From Candidatus Poribacteria bacterium (GTDB lineage Bacteria; Poribacteria; WGA-4E; PCPOR2b), in contig OZ242351.1 in NCBI GenBank assembly GCA_965208675.1, forward strand, positions 1,440,001 to 1,504,000: 64,000 nt of DNA, in the 5' to 3' direction. Below are positions 31,073 through 41,945 of the stretch, piece by piece. The notes under the pieces were generated by a model, which was not told where the DNA came from, did no database searches, and saw only the letters and a program-made list of their open reading frames with translations. The position numbers and the translations under genes are program-made. The number at the start of each line of letters is the position of its first letter. The first letter of the stretch is position 1.

Positions 31073-34000
31073 ATGACAGGACGATGCTCCATGCATTATA
31101 GGTTACGGCGACAATCTATCAAATTTACCATATTCGCTGTTTGGCTATTGAACTTTTTGGAGTTTTGCCCTTCCCCGGCACCCGCCCAACAGACCTTCCA
31201 ATGGCGCAGCTTCACACGAATCCACGATGGACTCAGCAGCAACAATGTTCGGTCAATCGCGGAAGACGGCCTCGGACAGATTTGGCTTGCGACGAGCAGC
31301 GGTTTGAGTTGTTTCAACGGTTTCTGGCATGTAATTGAAGTTTCAATCGGCGATTCGAGCAGTAGTGATATTAATCATATTTTTAGCGATATACACGGGT
31401 TCATCTGGGTGATGACAAGCGGGGGCGTCTTTCAAGGGATGCCGCGCAATGGCGGGATGGATTGGGTACATCAATACACTACGGCTGATGGGTTAATCGA
31501 CAATTCGATTACGACAGCTGTGCGGCGCGAGAATGGCGAGATTTGGGTTGGAACGCCTTCTGGCGTCAACTGGTTCGATGGGAACAGGTGGCGAGCTGCG
31601 CCAAATGCCGAAGAAGGCAGCCTTAACAAAGGCGTACGTGTCGTCTATGAAGATAAAATGGGTAATCTGTGGTTTGGGCTTTCGCGGCCAAACCGCCCTT
31701 ACTTAGTTAGCCGTTTTGACGGCGCCGAGTGGGAGGTTTTCCGTATTGAGGACGGATTGCCGAACGGTGATGTACAGGCGATTGCAGCCGATGGATTGAA
31801 CAACATTTGGGTTGGAACGACTGAAGGGGCAGCGATTTACGACGGTACAACTTGGCAGGTTATAACGTCGCCTGAACTAATTGGCAACAATGTCCAATCC
31901 ATAAAAATTGACGGTGAAGAAACAGTGTGGATTGGCACAACAAAGGGAATCAGCCTGTTCAGCCGCGGCAGTTGGAGACATTTGACAAAAGGACACGGGT
32001 TGGCTAGCGACAATATCCAGACGCTGTTTGAATCACGGGACGGCGGATTTTGGGTGGGCACACGAGATAACGGTGTCAGTTTTGCTGATAGATTGTGGAG
32101 ATCAATTACGACAAATGACGGATTGAGCGATAACCAAGTGATAACAATGTTGACGGATGGCGGCGGGACAACTTGGGTAGGCACTCGCAGCGGGTTGGTT
32201 CGGTATACTGGTAGGACTATCGAATCGGTAGAAGAACTACTGGGGCGCGGCATACGCGCGCTCGCCGAAGATGCCGAGGGGCGGCTTTGGGTTGGAACAG
32301 ATTCGGGAATTGTAGTATTTAGTCTATTATCGGATGAGCCTTCCATATGGCGCCGTTTTCGAAGAGAGGATGGGCTTAATCACGACAGCATTCAATCCTT
32401 GGTCGTTGACGCAGCGGGTGATATTTGGGTGGGTTCAGGAATTTTGCTCCCCGATGAAACGGGCTTCCTCCCCGGTCTAGATCGATTTGACGGCGACCAA
32501 TGGCGTGCTGAAGAAGACATTTTTCAGGAAATCGGCAAAATAGTCATCGTGATGTCTTCAGATTCACGAGAACGTCTATATTTTGGCACTGTTGGCAGCT
32601 CCACTAACGGTAGCGAGTTGTGGGTTTACGATGGTGGAATTTTGAAAGAAATTAGTGCGAATTTTAACGGTTCCATCAATACTGTCATGGAATCCACTGA
32701 CGGCAACCTTTGGATTGGGACAAGTGATGGCATCCTGATTTTAGATGGAGAGACGCTACAGCAGAAGAATCGACTGACGACTGATGATGGATTGGTAGAT
32801 AACCGTGTACAAGCGTTTTACCGAGATGATCCCGATGGCATGTGGATTGGCACGGCCGATGGGGTCAGTTTATTTCAGAACAATTCATTTGCGCGCTCAC
32901 TCACGGCTAGCGACGGTTTAAACAGCAATAACATCTCTGTCATCATCAAACCGGCTGATGGCGTGCTCTGGTTTGGGAGTAAGGATAACGGCGGCGTCAG
33001 CCATTTTAATCAGGAGATGATACCGCCAACCACTCGCATTATCGAAGGTCCCACAAACGGTGAAATTGTTGGAGAAACGAGCGTTATCTTCAAGTTTGAA
33101 GGGGGAGATCTTAGCACGCCAACCCCGGAACTTCGCTATCAATACAAACTTGATGACAACCTCCCAATGCCTACCGACGATGACGGTTTTTCAATTCGTG
33201 TTTCGCTGTCAGGCCTGACGGAAGGCGGCCATCGATTCATCGTTCAAGCGATGGATCGAGAGGGCAACCCGGATCTGCTTGGTGCGCAGGCTGAATTTGT
33301 TATCGATTCGAAACCGCCAACGGTTCTCATAACCAATCCGAAGCCCGGTGCGGTCATCAAGGGAGTTTATGGAATCGAGGGTAGCGCGACCGATACGGAT
33401 TTTCACGATTACGAGATTCAGATTTCGGGGCAGTCTGTGTTCACCTCAAACCAACCTGTGGACAGAAATACGCTCTATCGGTGGAATACGCAAACCGTAC
33501 CCGACGGCACATACAATATTCGGCTCACCGCGCGAGATACACCAAACGGCGACTATGACCGGCAACATCGCGCCGAGGAGATAATAACCGTCGAAGTAGA
33601 CAACACCTTGCCCGGTGCAAAAATTAAGCAACCGTTACCTGACGCTACAGTTTCGGGCGAAACCGATGTGGAAATCGAACTGACCGACCTTCATCTGATG
33701 AGCTATCGGTTAGAATTCACACGTACAGCATTGACAACGGACACGCCGGAAGTTTTTGCATCGGGTTCAATCTTCGACAGTCCATTATCTATTGTGAAAC
33801 AGGTACCGTGGAATTCATCAACCGTGTATGGCCATGTAATGCTTCGGGCAGCAGTTGCAGACGCAGCGGGAAACGAAGGGGTGTCAGAAGCTGTGCCCAT
33901 TTTCCTCGACAATGAAGGCGCTAAGCCAGTTGTTGAGATTCACCGACCGGATGGGATTAATCCGATTGCGAAGGAAACAGCCGTTACCGGAACAGTCGGC

Positions 34001-36493
34001 GTTGGCACAGCGCCCGACACCTTCATTGAAAACATCAATCTCGAATACCGACATGCAGAAAACCTCCAGGGTTGGAAGCCGCTGCGGAGCGGCCGTCTTA
34101 CTTTGAACAACGAAGAGATTACACGATGGGACACTACTCCGCTGCCTGACGGCGATTATCTGTTACGATTATCAGCAAAGGATAGCAACGGATACACGTC
34201 TAATTTCGAGCGCATGGTAATTTTGGATAATACACCGCCGACGGGCGTCATCAGATTGCCGCAGGATGGGGATGTTCGAAAAGCAGAGCGTATCGACGTA
34301 ATTGGTACGGCGACGGATGAAAATTTCGAAAACTTCGAGCTAGAATATTCTGAAGGTGGTGAAACATGGACACCGATTCCAGGATTGAGCACCTCTGTTG
34401 AATCAGGACGACTGGGAACCTGGAACGCGGAAGACCTACCCGGCGGCGCTTATCGGCTGCGTCTCACTGTCTCCGATAAAGCGGGTCTAGAAACGGTGAC
34501 AGAGATCGGCGTGGTGCTTGATGACTCGGATGTTGTTGCGTCAATTACCTCACCCAAGCAAGATGATTACGTCAGCGGTCAAGTAAGAATTATAGGCACA
34601 GCGAACGATCCAAATTTTAATCGATTTCAACTGGAATTCCGGCCTATGGGCCAAAACGGTGCATGGCGACCAATTCCGGATTTGTTCAGCCCCAATCAAC
34701 CCAAAGAAAACGAACCTCTCGCAGATTGGAATACCCCTCAAGTTGATGAGAGCTACGAAGTCCGATTGACGGCATTCGATGATTCGGGAAGAAGCGATAG
34801 GCGCACCGTTCCGGTGCACGTTGATAATCTTAAACCAAGCGCACAAATTTTCAAGGTTCAATCCCTGCGTGCGGAATCTCAAGATTCACAGCTACTGTCG
34901 GGCGAAGTCGAAATTATCGGTGAAGCTACCGATGTCCACTTCAAAGACTTTCGCTTAGATTATCGCCCTACCGACAACAGCGATAATTGGCAACCAATTC
35001 CAGTGCTGAATTCCACAAGGCCTCGACGGAACACGACGCTCGCTATTTGGAGGAATACGCCGCAAATTGATGGCGAGTACGAAATTCGCCTGGTAGTTGA
35101 GGATAAATCGGGTAAGTCAAATCCGGCTATCAAACGCGTCGAAATTGACAACCAATCTCCGGACGTTGAAATCTCTCAGCCTAGTAATCGTCAGTTGGTG
35201 TCCGGCACAATTGAAATTATCGGTACAGCGAGCGATAAATATCTTGAAGCATATCAACTAGATTTCAGAGCCGAGGGCACTAGCGACTGGCAGCAGATTA
35301 TTCGCGACAACCAGCCCAAGCAAGCGGCGGTCTTGGGAAAATGGGAACCGCCGAAGGTGGATGACGTGTATGAAATCCGCTTGCTAGCTTTTGATATTGA
35401 TGGGTCAAGACAACCAAGTGAGGCAATCGTGCAGGTCCTCGTTGATAGGCTGCCGCCGCAAGCGGAAATTCACTCTCCTACAGCAAATCAACAGCTACCC
35501 CGAAAGGTTGACATTCTGGGAACAGCGGATGATCGAAATTTCAATGGATACGTTATCGAATACAGCGGCGGGCAATCACCCGATATCTGGCGGCCGATTT
35601 CCAAAACGGGGTTTTTGAAACCCGTGTACGAAGGACTCCTAGCAGAATGGAGCGTCCCCGAATTTTCGTCCGGCGAGTATTCACTGCGGCTGCGTGTAAC
35701 GGATGACGCCGGCCATCAGAGCACCGCTCATGTCAAAGTGTTTTTCCGCGAGCGTGTGGAGCGCCAAGATAATAGTGCTGTGCAGAGTGAAGATGGAATC
35801 GCCAAAATTGTCTTTCCGCCAAACAGCTTGCCAGAATCGACTTACGTGACTATAAATCCAGTGCCATCGGCGAATGTTTCGTCCTCATCCTCCAGAGATG
35901 AGATGTTGAGGCCCGGTGGATCGCCAACTATCATTCCACGTTTCGATACCATCTACAATTTTGAACCGAAAAATTTGCAGCTTCACCGCCTCAAACCAGC
36001 AACAATGGAGTTTTCCGTGCACGGACTCACAGCGGCCACGCGAAATGAAGCATTAATAATTTCTCGCCGGGATGGCGAGCGGTGGAAACCCATCGGCGGC
36101 ACAATCAATACGCGGCTGGGCACGATTTCGACGGTTGTATCAGAGTTAGGGCAGTACGCCGTAACAACATTACCTCCCGTGGAAATAGACGGGGACGTAA
36201 TCATCTCCGACCTAACCTGCCAACCGCGCCTCTTTTCGCCAAACAATGACGAATCAACATCAATCTCGTTTCGATTAAATCAGCCAACTAATGTCACGGT
36301 GCGAATCTACAATGCGGCAGGACGGCTGCGGCGGAATCTAAGAGAATCAGAACCGCTTTCGACGGGGCGGCATGTCTTTTGGTGGGATGGGCGCGACGAC
36401 GATATGCGGCGGGTTGCCAGCAATTTTTACATTGTTACGGTTGAAGCTGAAGGAGCGTTAGAGCGAAAAACCGTTATCGTACAGAACAATTAA
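31073..36493 (+). CDS. Large secreted protein: two-component-regulator-type propeller repeats, ~100-aa Ig-like repeats, FlgD/type-B-like CTD
   Basis: Many DGL..N.V......G..WvGT..G repeats; repeated DN..P...I..P...I.GTA.D..F...W...G.Y..RL...D units; C-terminal FSPN...WDGRD. Confidence 0.85.
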   Translation: MTGRCSMHYRLRRQSIKFTIFAVWLLNFLEFCPSPAPAQQTFQWRSFTRIHDGLSSNNVRSIAEDGLGQIWLATSSGLSCFNGFWHVIEVSIGDSSSSDINHIFSDIHGFIWVMTSGGVFQGMPRNGGMDWVHQYTTADGLIDNSITTAVRRENGEIWVGTPSGVNWFDGNRWRAAPNAEEGSLNKGVRVVYEDKMGNLWFGLSRPNRPYLVSRFDGAEWEVFRIEDGLPNGDVQAIAADGLNNIWVGTTEGAAIYDGTTWQVITSPELIGNNVQSIKIDGEETVWIGTTKGISLFSRGSWRHLTKGHGLASDNIQTLFESRDGGFWVGTRDNGVSFADRLWRSITTNDGLSDNQVITMLTDGGGTTWVGTRSGLVRYTGRTIESVEELLGRGIRALAEDAEGRLWVGTDSGIVVFSLLSDEPSIWRRFRREDGLNHDSIQSLVVDAAGDIWVGSGILLPDETGFLPGLDRFDGDQWRAEEDIFQEIGKIVIVMSSDSRERLYFGTVGSSTNGSELWVYDGGILKEISANFNGSINTVMESTDGNLWIGTSDGILILDGETLQQKNRLTTDDGLVDNRVQAFYRDDPDGMWIGTADGVSLFQNNSFARSLTASDGLNSNNISVIIKPADGVLWFGSKDNGGVSHFNQEMIPPTTRIIEGPTNGEIVGETSVIFKFEGGDLSTPTPELRYQYKLDDNLPMPTDDDGFSIRVSLSGLTEGGHRFIVQAMDREGNPDLLGAQAEFVIDSKPPTVLITNPKPGAVIKGVYGIEGSATDTDFHDYEIQISGQSVFTSNQPVDRNTLYRWNTQTVPDGTYNIRLTARDTPNGDYDRQHRAEEIITVEVDNTLPGAKIKQPLPDATVSGETDVEIELTDLHLMSYRLEFTRTALTTDTPEVFASGSIFDSPLSIVKQVPWNSSTVYGHVMLRAAVADAAGNEGVSEAVPIFLDNEGAKPVVEIHRPDGINPIAKETAVTGTVGVGTAPDTFIENINLEYRHAENLQGWKPLRSGRLTLNNEEITRWDTTPLPDGDYLLRLSAKDSNGYTSNFERMVILDNTPPTGVIRLPQDGDVRKAERIDVIGTATDENFENFELEYSEGGETWTPIPGLSTSVESGRLGTWNAEDLPGGAYRLRLTVSDKAGLETVTEIGVVLDDSDVVASITSPKQDDYVSGQVRIIGTANDPNFNRFQLEFRPMGQNGAWRPIPDLFSPNQPKENEPLADWNTPQVDESYEVRLTAFDDSGRSDRRTVPVHVDNLKPSAQIFKVQSLRAESQDSQLLSGEVEIIGEATDVHFKDFRLDYRPTDNSDNWQPIPVLNSTRPRRNTTLAIWRNTPQIDGEYEIRLVVEDKSGKSNPAIKRVEIDNQSPDVEISQPSNRQLVSGTIEIIGTASDKYLEAYQLDFRAEGTSDWQQIIRDNQPKQAAVLGKWEPPKVDDVYEIRLLAFDIDGSRQPSEAIVQVLVDRLPPQAEIHSPTANQQLPRKVDILGTADDRNFNGYVIEYSGGQSPDIWRPISKTGFLKPVYEGLLAEWSVPEFSSGEYSLRLRVTDDAGHQSTAHVKVFFRERVERQDNSAVQSEDGIAKIVFPPNSLPESTYVTINPVPSANVSSSSSRDEMLRPGGSPTIIPRFDTIYNFEPKNLQLHRLKPATMEFSVHGLTAATRNEALIISRRDGERWKPIGGTINTRLGTISTVVSELGQYAVTTLPPVEIDGDVIISDLTCQPRLFSPNNDESTSISFRLNQPTNVTVRIYNAAGRLRRNLRESEPLSTGRHVFWWDGRDDDMRRVASNFYIVTVEAEGALERKTVIVQNN

Positions 36494-36496
36494 CGA

Positions 36497-38653
36497 GTGA
36501 CATCCGTCTCGATGACATGGACATCCAAAACGGTCTTGACAAAACCGGGCACACTTCGCATAATATCCACGATGCGATGCTGTTTTTTTATAATTTTTAT
36601 GTTCGCGTCGGCGAGTGCAATTTACGCCCTCGAAGAAAGAGCGTCCACCGGCGTGCGTGCCATCGGCATGGGAGAAGCGTTTATCGGCGTCGCGGACGAT
36701 GAGAACAGTGTTCGCAGAAATCCCGCGGGGCTTGTCCGATTGGACAGATACGCCCTCGGATTTGAACAGACGCCATCGAAGTTGTTCGGTGTGTTGGAAA
36801 CCAACTGTCTCAGCGCAGTCTTGCCAGCGTCGGAAAAAACTGCGTTGGGTATTGATTGGACCCAAGTCGGGATCGTGGATGAGGAACTCGATTCAAGGCG
36901 CAACAGTTTCAACTTTTCTTACAGCTACTCTCCTCTGTCCCTGCTGTCGATTGGGGCAAACCTGAAATACCTGACATGGGGTATTACGCTCGACAAACAA
37001 TCTGAAGGCAACGCCACCGGATGGGGAACGGACATTGGCGTACTTCTTCAACCAAACCGTAGTTGGACATTTGGATTCTTGGTGCAGGATTTAATCGGTT
37101 TTGGCGCCGGACAAGGCTTTAGCCGCGACACGTGGATTCGACACGACACCGGGGTTAGCGAAAAGGTATTCCCGACAAGGTATAAGCTGGGAGCGGCTTA
37201 TCGCCCCATACCCAATTGGCTCATTGCCGCGGATGTTACGGACCGCTTGCATTTAGGTGCGGAGTTTCTGCCATACGGGGATTTTGCTATTCGCGCCGGA
37301 TTCCAAAAAGATTTGGCATCGCCTGAATCACCAAGTTATTCGTTGGGTGGACGGGTAACATATCGATGGTTGGATTTCAATGCCGCGTATCTCATTCCCC
37401 CAACCTTGCCGCCTACAGTTTATGTTGGTCTTTCGCTCAACATAGATTTTCGACGGTTGCCGGTGCGGATTGAGCAGGTTCGTATAAAAGACCTCTATCC
37501 GGTCCATTATAATTACTACGCTTCGACAAATAGGGATGTTGAAGCCGTTGTCTTGGATGAGCCCATCACGCCGCCTGTGTTTACCGATGCCGACCGGGAT
37601 CGGTACTATCCACTAATGCCGCGAGATTCGATCGGCAGGATTTGGCTAAAAAATGAGAGTAACGAACCGGTGACTGTCAGGATTGAATTGTTCATACCAC
37701 AGATTGTCGCCAATGACGGCACGGTAGTTGCATCTGATATTGAATTGGAACCCTTGCAGAGGGTTTCTGTGCCGATGCGCCAGCTGGTTTTATCACGCGA
37801 CGCCCTAGCGTTAACCCAAGCACGGCCTGTCGAAGCGAGGGTCAAAGTCATTGAGAGCGGTGGAAGTGCATACCGGACGGACACTGTCACTTTAAAGTTG
37901 CACGGCAACCATACAACACGGCTAGATGATGTCGCAAAACTCGGATCATTCATCTCCTCCGAGGACGCGGCAATCCAAGCCTTTATAAATTCCATTCGTA
38001 CGGTGTTTAACGCCAGGATTGAATCAAACACGGTGCCGCGCAACTTGTATACGGCTATGCTATTGTTTAACGCCTTGCATGGCGTGTCTTATGCGACCGA
38101 TCCAAATATACCGGGTGACAGCGGCACCATAGACGAGATCAAATACCCTTACGAGATGCTCGAACGCCTCAAAGGGCAATTCAGCGGAGATGGCGGAGTT
38201 CATGCTTTCGGAGATTGCGACGACAGCACGGCGCTATATTGTTCGCTGCTAGAATCGGCCGGGATACAGACAGCACTCATCCAGCTTCCTAACCATGTGA
38301 TGATGGCGTTCGATTTGGGGCAAGTTTCTCTCGATTGGGCGGAAACGGTGGATTTGCCTGATAGTTACTACCAGCCTATTAACGGGCAGGTTTGGATTCC
38401 CATCGAGACAACGCTTATCAAAGACGGATTCATCTCGGCATGGCAAACGGCAATTGAAGAAATTCGAGCAAAGGGGGTTATTGATTCATCTACGGTTGAA
38501 GACGCTTGGGCGAAATACGGAGCGAGTTCCTTGCGCGGAGCAGAAAGACATTTTTCTATTCCTGAAAGTCGAATTAGATCTCGGATAGACGGCGATTTAG
38601 CACATCCGTGGTTTCAGGGTTTTTTGGAATTTTTCTCTCAGGCGCCGCCATAG
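36497..38653 (+). CDS. PorV/PorQ-like outer-membrane barrel fused to a transglutaminase-like domain
   Basis: GVRAIGMGEAF...NPAGL barrel start; C-terminal GDCDD...LLESAGI...NHV...WIPIETT. Confidence 0.75.
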   Translation: MTSVSMTWTSKTVLTKPGTLRIISTMRCCFFIIFMFASASAIYALEERASTGVRAIGMGEAFIGVADDENSVRRNPAGLVRLDRYALGFEQTPSKLFGVLETNCLSAVLPASEKTALGIDWTQVGIVDEELDSRRNSFNFSYSYSPLSLLSIGANLKYLTWGITLDKQSEGNATGWGTDIGVLLQPNRSWTFGFLVQDLIGFGAGQGFSRDTWIRHDTGVSEKVFPTRYKLGAAYRPIPNWLIAADVTDRLHLGAEFLPYGDFAIRAGFQKDLASPESPSYSLGGRVTYRWLDFNAAYLIPPTLPPTVYVGLSLNIDFRRLPVRIEQVRIKDLYPVHYNYYASTNRDVEAVVLDEPITPPVFTDADRDRYYPLMPRDSIGRIWLKNESNEPVTVRIELFIPQIVANDGTVVASDIELEPLQRVSVPMRQLVLSRDALALTQARPVEARVKVIESGGSAYRTDTVTLKLHGNHTTRLDDVAKLGSFISSEDAAIQAFINSIRTVFNARIESNTVPRNLYTAMLLFNALHGVSYATDPNIPGDSGTIDEIKYPYEMLERLKGQFSGDGGVHAFGDCDDSTALYCSLLESAGIQTALIQLPNHVMMAFDLGQVSLDWAETVDLPDSYYQPINGQVWIPIETTLIKDGFISAWQTAIEEIRAKGVIDSSTVEDAWAKYGASSLRGAERHFSIPESRIRSRIDGDLAHPWFQGFLEFFSQAPP

Positions 38654-38676
38654 AACACAATCGGGCGCAATTGGTT

Positions 38677-38765
38677 TGTAGGTTGGTGTTAGCCAAGTTG
38701 ATGTGCGGCGCTCGGAACGGTTAACGCCGTACGAACAGTTTTGGAATTCCCCGCTCCACCCAACC
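38677..38765. repeat. Degenerate copy of the TGTAGGTTGGG...CCCAACC inverted-repeat element
   Basis: TGTAGGTTGG at 38677 and CCGCTCCACCCAACC at 38751-38765 match the ends of the 2510-2743 element. Confidence 0.55.
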
Positions 38766-38877
38766 AATAAAAACTGGCATAAATTGTCTATCCCCCAGTA
38801 GAACCGCGGGTGATTGTTGATTTCAATATGGCGTTACGTTAGTCACGCAATTTTTACACCAAAGGAGGACAACTACC

Positions 38878-39777
38878 ATGAAGCGAAAATACCCAATTCT
38901 TCTCATAATTTGCTGCTTGTTCGTGATTGCGGCTCATCCCGATTCGCAGGCGGAAGATACGGTAACCGCCACATTCACCTTTGGAAAGATTGAGGTGCTT
39001 AAATCCGGTGAACGGGAATGGGCTTTCTTGGAAAAAGGCGCGGTCTTGAACAACAGTGACCTCGTGCGTATGCCGCCGTACTCGTTAATTCGGCTAAAGG
39101 ATGCGGACGAGATGCTTTTGCCGACACTTCCGGGAGGGCGCGAACTGCCTATCAGCGGTTTAATCGAGGAGGGGCGCCAACGCAGGAATGAATCCAAAGG
39201 CAAGCGTGTCAGTGCGCCATTTGACAGCCGCCCTGCAATTGATGTGCTGCCACTTGGCAACATACCAAAAGGGGAAAACCGCTTAGAGGCGCCTGCCGCC
39301 ACTCAGCCAACGCCGCTGATGCGGGGTGAACTGGAAGCGCTTCGCCGCGAACTCGACTCACTTCCTGAAAAATTTGTGTCTTTCATCTCTCGAAGTCTCC
39401 TGCCGGATAATCATGCGAGGGAAGATGCGTATCCCAGTACAAATCTATCTCGGGCACTTAAACTCTATTACGGCACACTCAGAGAAATTGAGGCGAAAAC
39501 GGAAGCGGCTTCAAATCGTTCCCTCTTGTACGCCCAGCTGCTTCGCCGGATTGAGATTGACGCAGATCTTGTAGTGAACAGCAAGGGCGAACTTTTCGTT
39601 GTTTTTGATACCGGTGTTCCCGTCAATGGGAGTAAACGGATCACCGCCAATCATCAGCTCATTCACCAAAAATCGGGGGCAAATACCGTTTGGATTCCTC
39701 TTCAGATTGCGCCTCGTCGACAGAATTTCACAACCGCATGGTATACAGCCGGACGGAACCTGGAGGACGGACTATAG
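38878..39777 (+). CDS. Exported protein: FecR-like N-terminus plus inactive transglutaminase-like C-terminus
   Basis: AGGAGG RBS, signal peptide, GKIEV..SG..W..L..G..L...D.VR motif; C-terminal LLYAQLL...FVVFDTG...WIPLQ...F.TAW. Confidence 0.65.
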   Translation: MKRKYPILLIICCLFVIAAHPDSQAEDTVTATFTFGKIEVLKSGEREWAFLEKGAVLNNSDLVRMPPYSLIRLKDADEMLLPTLPGGRELPISGLIEEGRQRRNESKGKRVSAPFDSRPAIDVLPLGNIPKGENRLEAPAATQPTPLMRGELEALRRELDSLPEKFVSFISRSLLPDNHAREDAYPSTNLSRALKLYYGTLREIEAKTEAASNRSLLYAQLLRRIEIDADLVVNSKGELFVVFDTGVPVNGSKRITANHQLIHQKSGANTVWIPLQIAPRRQNFTTAWYTAGRNLEDGL

Positions 39778-39849
39778 TAGTGCCACATTATCGGTTGATA
39801 TGGACATACTGGGAAAAATAGATACACTGGGTCTGTTTGGAGGTTCATT

Positions 39850-41850
39850 TTGTTCCGCGTTTTCCCCAATACGCATCATTTTATGTCCTTCAAATGGGTT
39901 CGTGCACAGAAAACATATCTGCTCATCGCGTCCGTGAGTCTCTTGCCGTTTATGGTAATGGGGTTGTTGCGCGAGTTTGAACTTTTTGAGTTTATAGAAC
40001 TACAAACGCTAGATGGACGGTTAGGCTTGCCGTCGAATCAACCACCGCAAATTTCTCGCCAAATTTCGCTCATTACGATTGATGCTGAAAGCGAAGAAAT
40101 TATTCAGCCGCTCCCGTGGCCGCCTCCCATTTATGCTTCGCTGCTAAATTACCTTCAAGAAGCGAATCCAAAGGCAATTGGTTTAATCGCTTGGTTCAAC
40201 CGCGAATGGCCGGGGGATCAACACCTTCCGCGTGAAAATTTGTTCGCCATCCGACCTTATACATCAGTAAGCAACGCCGGAAATCGACGTGCTTTTCCGG
40301 AGGTCACGAATTGGAACCAGTTGCCTCCCAGCCTGCAAAACGCGCAAGGCTCAAGTTTCAGCGAGTTTGCCTTGAACCGTTCCGATGGTATCTATCGTTC
40401 AGCCCAATTGGTTGTCAAACAGACCGCGGAAGAGGAATACCGCTACTCTCTCGAAATGTTAATTCTGTGTCAAATCCATGGCGTTCCAGCAACATCAATA
40501 AAGGTCAAAGAAGATTTTTGGAGCGGAAAATTTCTTCAATTGTCACTTCCATCCGGTGCACCGATTCGGATTCCTATTGATTTGCAAGGCAGGCTTTTCC
40601 TGAGATTTGCCGGAGACATTTCCGAATTCCAACCCACCTCCTTCATTCAGGCATTAACCCAGTCTGAGTCAGACATGCCAGGATTCCGGCGTAAATTTGA
40701 GGGGAAATCTGTGCTAATCGGCATTACAACGGCTAGCACCCCGCAGGCTTCGACGCCATTTGGAAAAATGTCTGCACTCGCACTCCGCGCTAATTTGCTT
40801 AACGCCTTGCTGAATCAAGATTTTATCTGGCGGTTGAGCGGCAAGGCAAACCTTCTCTATCTTGCATGTTTTGGTATCGCAGCCGCGATGGCTACAGTCC
40901 TTATCAGCAGAACCGGACTGAGCTACAGATTAATGTTACTCATCGCATGTGGATTGCTGCTCCTGCATCTCATTATTGCTTTTGCAATGATTGTGCTATA
41001 CAACATTTGGATTGAGTTAACTGCAACCAGCTTAGCCCTCATCCTGTGCGGTGTGGTGAGCAGCTTTTTCCTTGCGCATTTACGACTGCGTCAGCTTTTC
41101 TCGCAGTTACAGACGACGCGGGAAGAACTTGTCAGAGCCGAAAAAGAAGCGGTTTTTGGAGTGATGTCCGCGCGGGTACGGCACGAACTGCGAAACGCCC
41201 TAAACCTAGTTCGTGCACCTGCGGAAATGATTCGAAACAATTTCCAGAAACAAGATCCCTTGAAATTACGGGACCGCCCTGAGGAAATTATCGGCGAAAT
41301 GGACGGGATCATTGACCGAGTTACAAAACTGGATCAAATGATTGAAAATGAACTCAGTTTTTTTCAAAACACGCAGTTCAATTTTCAACAACAAGAACCG
41401 GAGCCGTTACTGAAATCTGCGTTGGAGATGGTGGAACCGTTGATTTCCGACAAACAGATTATTGTACAGTGGAATTATCCAAGTGACACGCCGAAACTCT
41501 CCGTGGACGCTGACAAAATGCGAATCGTCTTTGCGAACCTAATAAAAAACGCTTGCCAGGCTATGATGAAGGGCGGCGAATTACAAATCACCATTGAGAC
41601 TCCGTACGAATCATCCTCACAATTCGTAACTATCGTCCGAATCACGGATACCGGGGCTGGCATCCCCGCCGATGAATTAGAGCGAATTTTTGAGCCTTTT
41701 TACACGACAAAACCGCGTGGATTGGGGCTCGGATTGGTTAATGTTAAGAACATCGTCGAGGGACATGGCGGAGAGGTACGTGTGGAAAGCGTAGTGGGCA
41801 CCGGAACGACATTCTTTATCCAACTACCTGCAAATCAAGAAAAGGAGTAA
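39850..41850 (+). CDS. CHASE2-domain sensor histidine kinase
   Basis: ITID..S...PWP, DG..R and F.GK.VLIG CHASE2 motifs; three TM helices; HELRN, NLIKNA, DTGAGI, FEPFYTTK and GLGLGL boxes. Start probably near 39883. Confidence 0.9.
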   Translation: MFRVFPNTHHFMSFKWVRAQKTYLLIASVSLLPFMVMGLLREFELFEFIELQTLDGRLGLPSNQPPQISRQISLITIDAESEEIIQPLPWPPPIYASLLNYLQEANPKAIGLIAWFNREWPGDQHLPRENLFAIRPYTSVSNAGNRRAFPEVTNWNQLPPSLQNAQGSSFSEFALNRSDGIYRSAQLVVKQTAEEEYRYSLEMLILCQIHGVPATSIKVKEDFWSGKFLQLSLPSGAPIRIPIDLQGRLFLRFAGDISEFQPTSFIQALTQSESDMPGFRRKFEGKSVLIGITTASTPQASTPFGKMSALALRANLLNALLNQDFIWRLSGKANLLYLACFGIAAAMATVLISRTGLSYRLMLLIACGLLLLHLIIAFAMIVLYNIWIELTATSLALILCGVVSSFFLAHLRLRQLFSQLQTTREELVRAEKEAVFGVMSARVRHELRNALNLVRAPAEMIRNNFQKQDPLKLRDRPEEIIGEMDGIIDRVTKLDQMIENELSFFQNTQFNFQQQEPEPLLKSALEMVEPLISDKQIIVQWNYPSDTPKLSVDADKMRIVFANLIKNACQAMMKGGELQITIETPYESSSQFVTIVRITDTGAGIPADELERIFEPFYTTKPRGLGLGLVNVKNIVEGHGGEVRVESVVGTGTTFFIQLPANQEKE

Positions 41851-41945
41851 ACGTCAATAGTGACATGAGTGCATCAGTTCATAGCGCTCAAACTGTACCT
41901 TTTGAGCTATGGTTCCTTGAACTTGCGCTTCGCGTTTAAAGTTAC

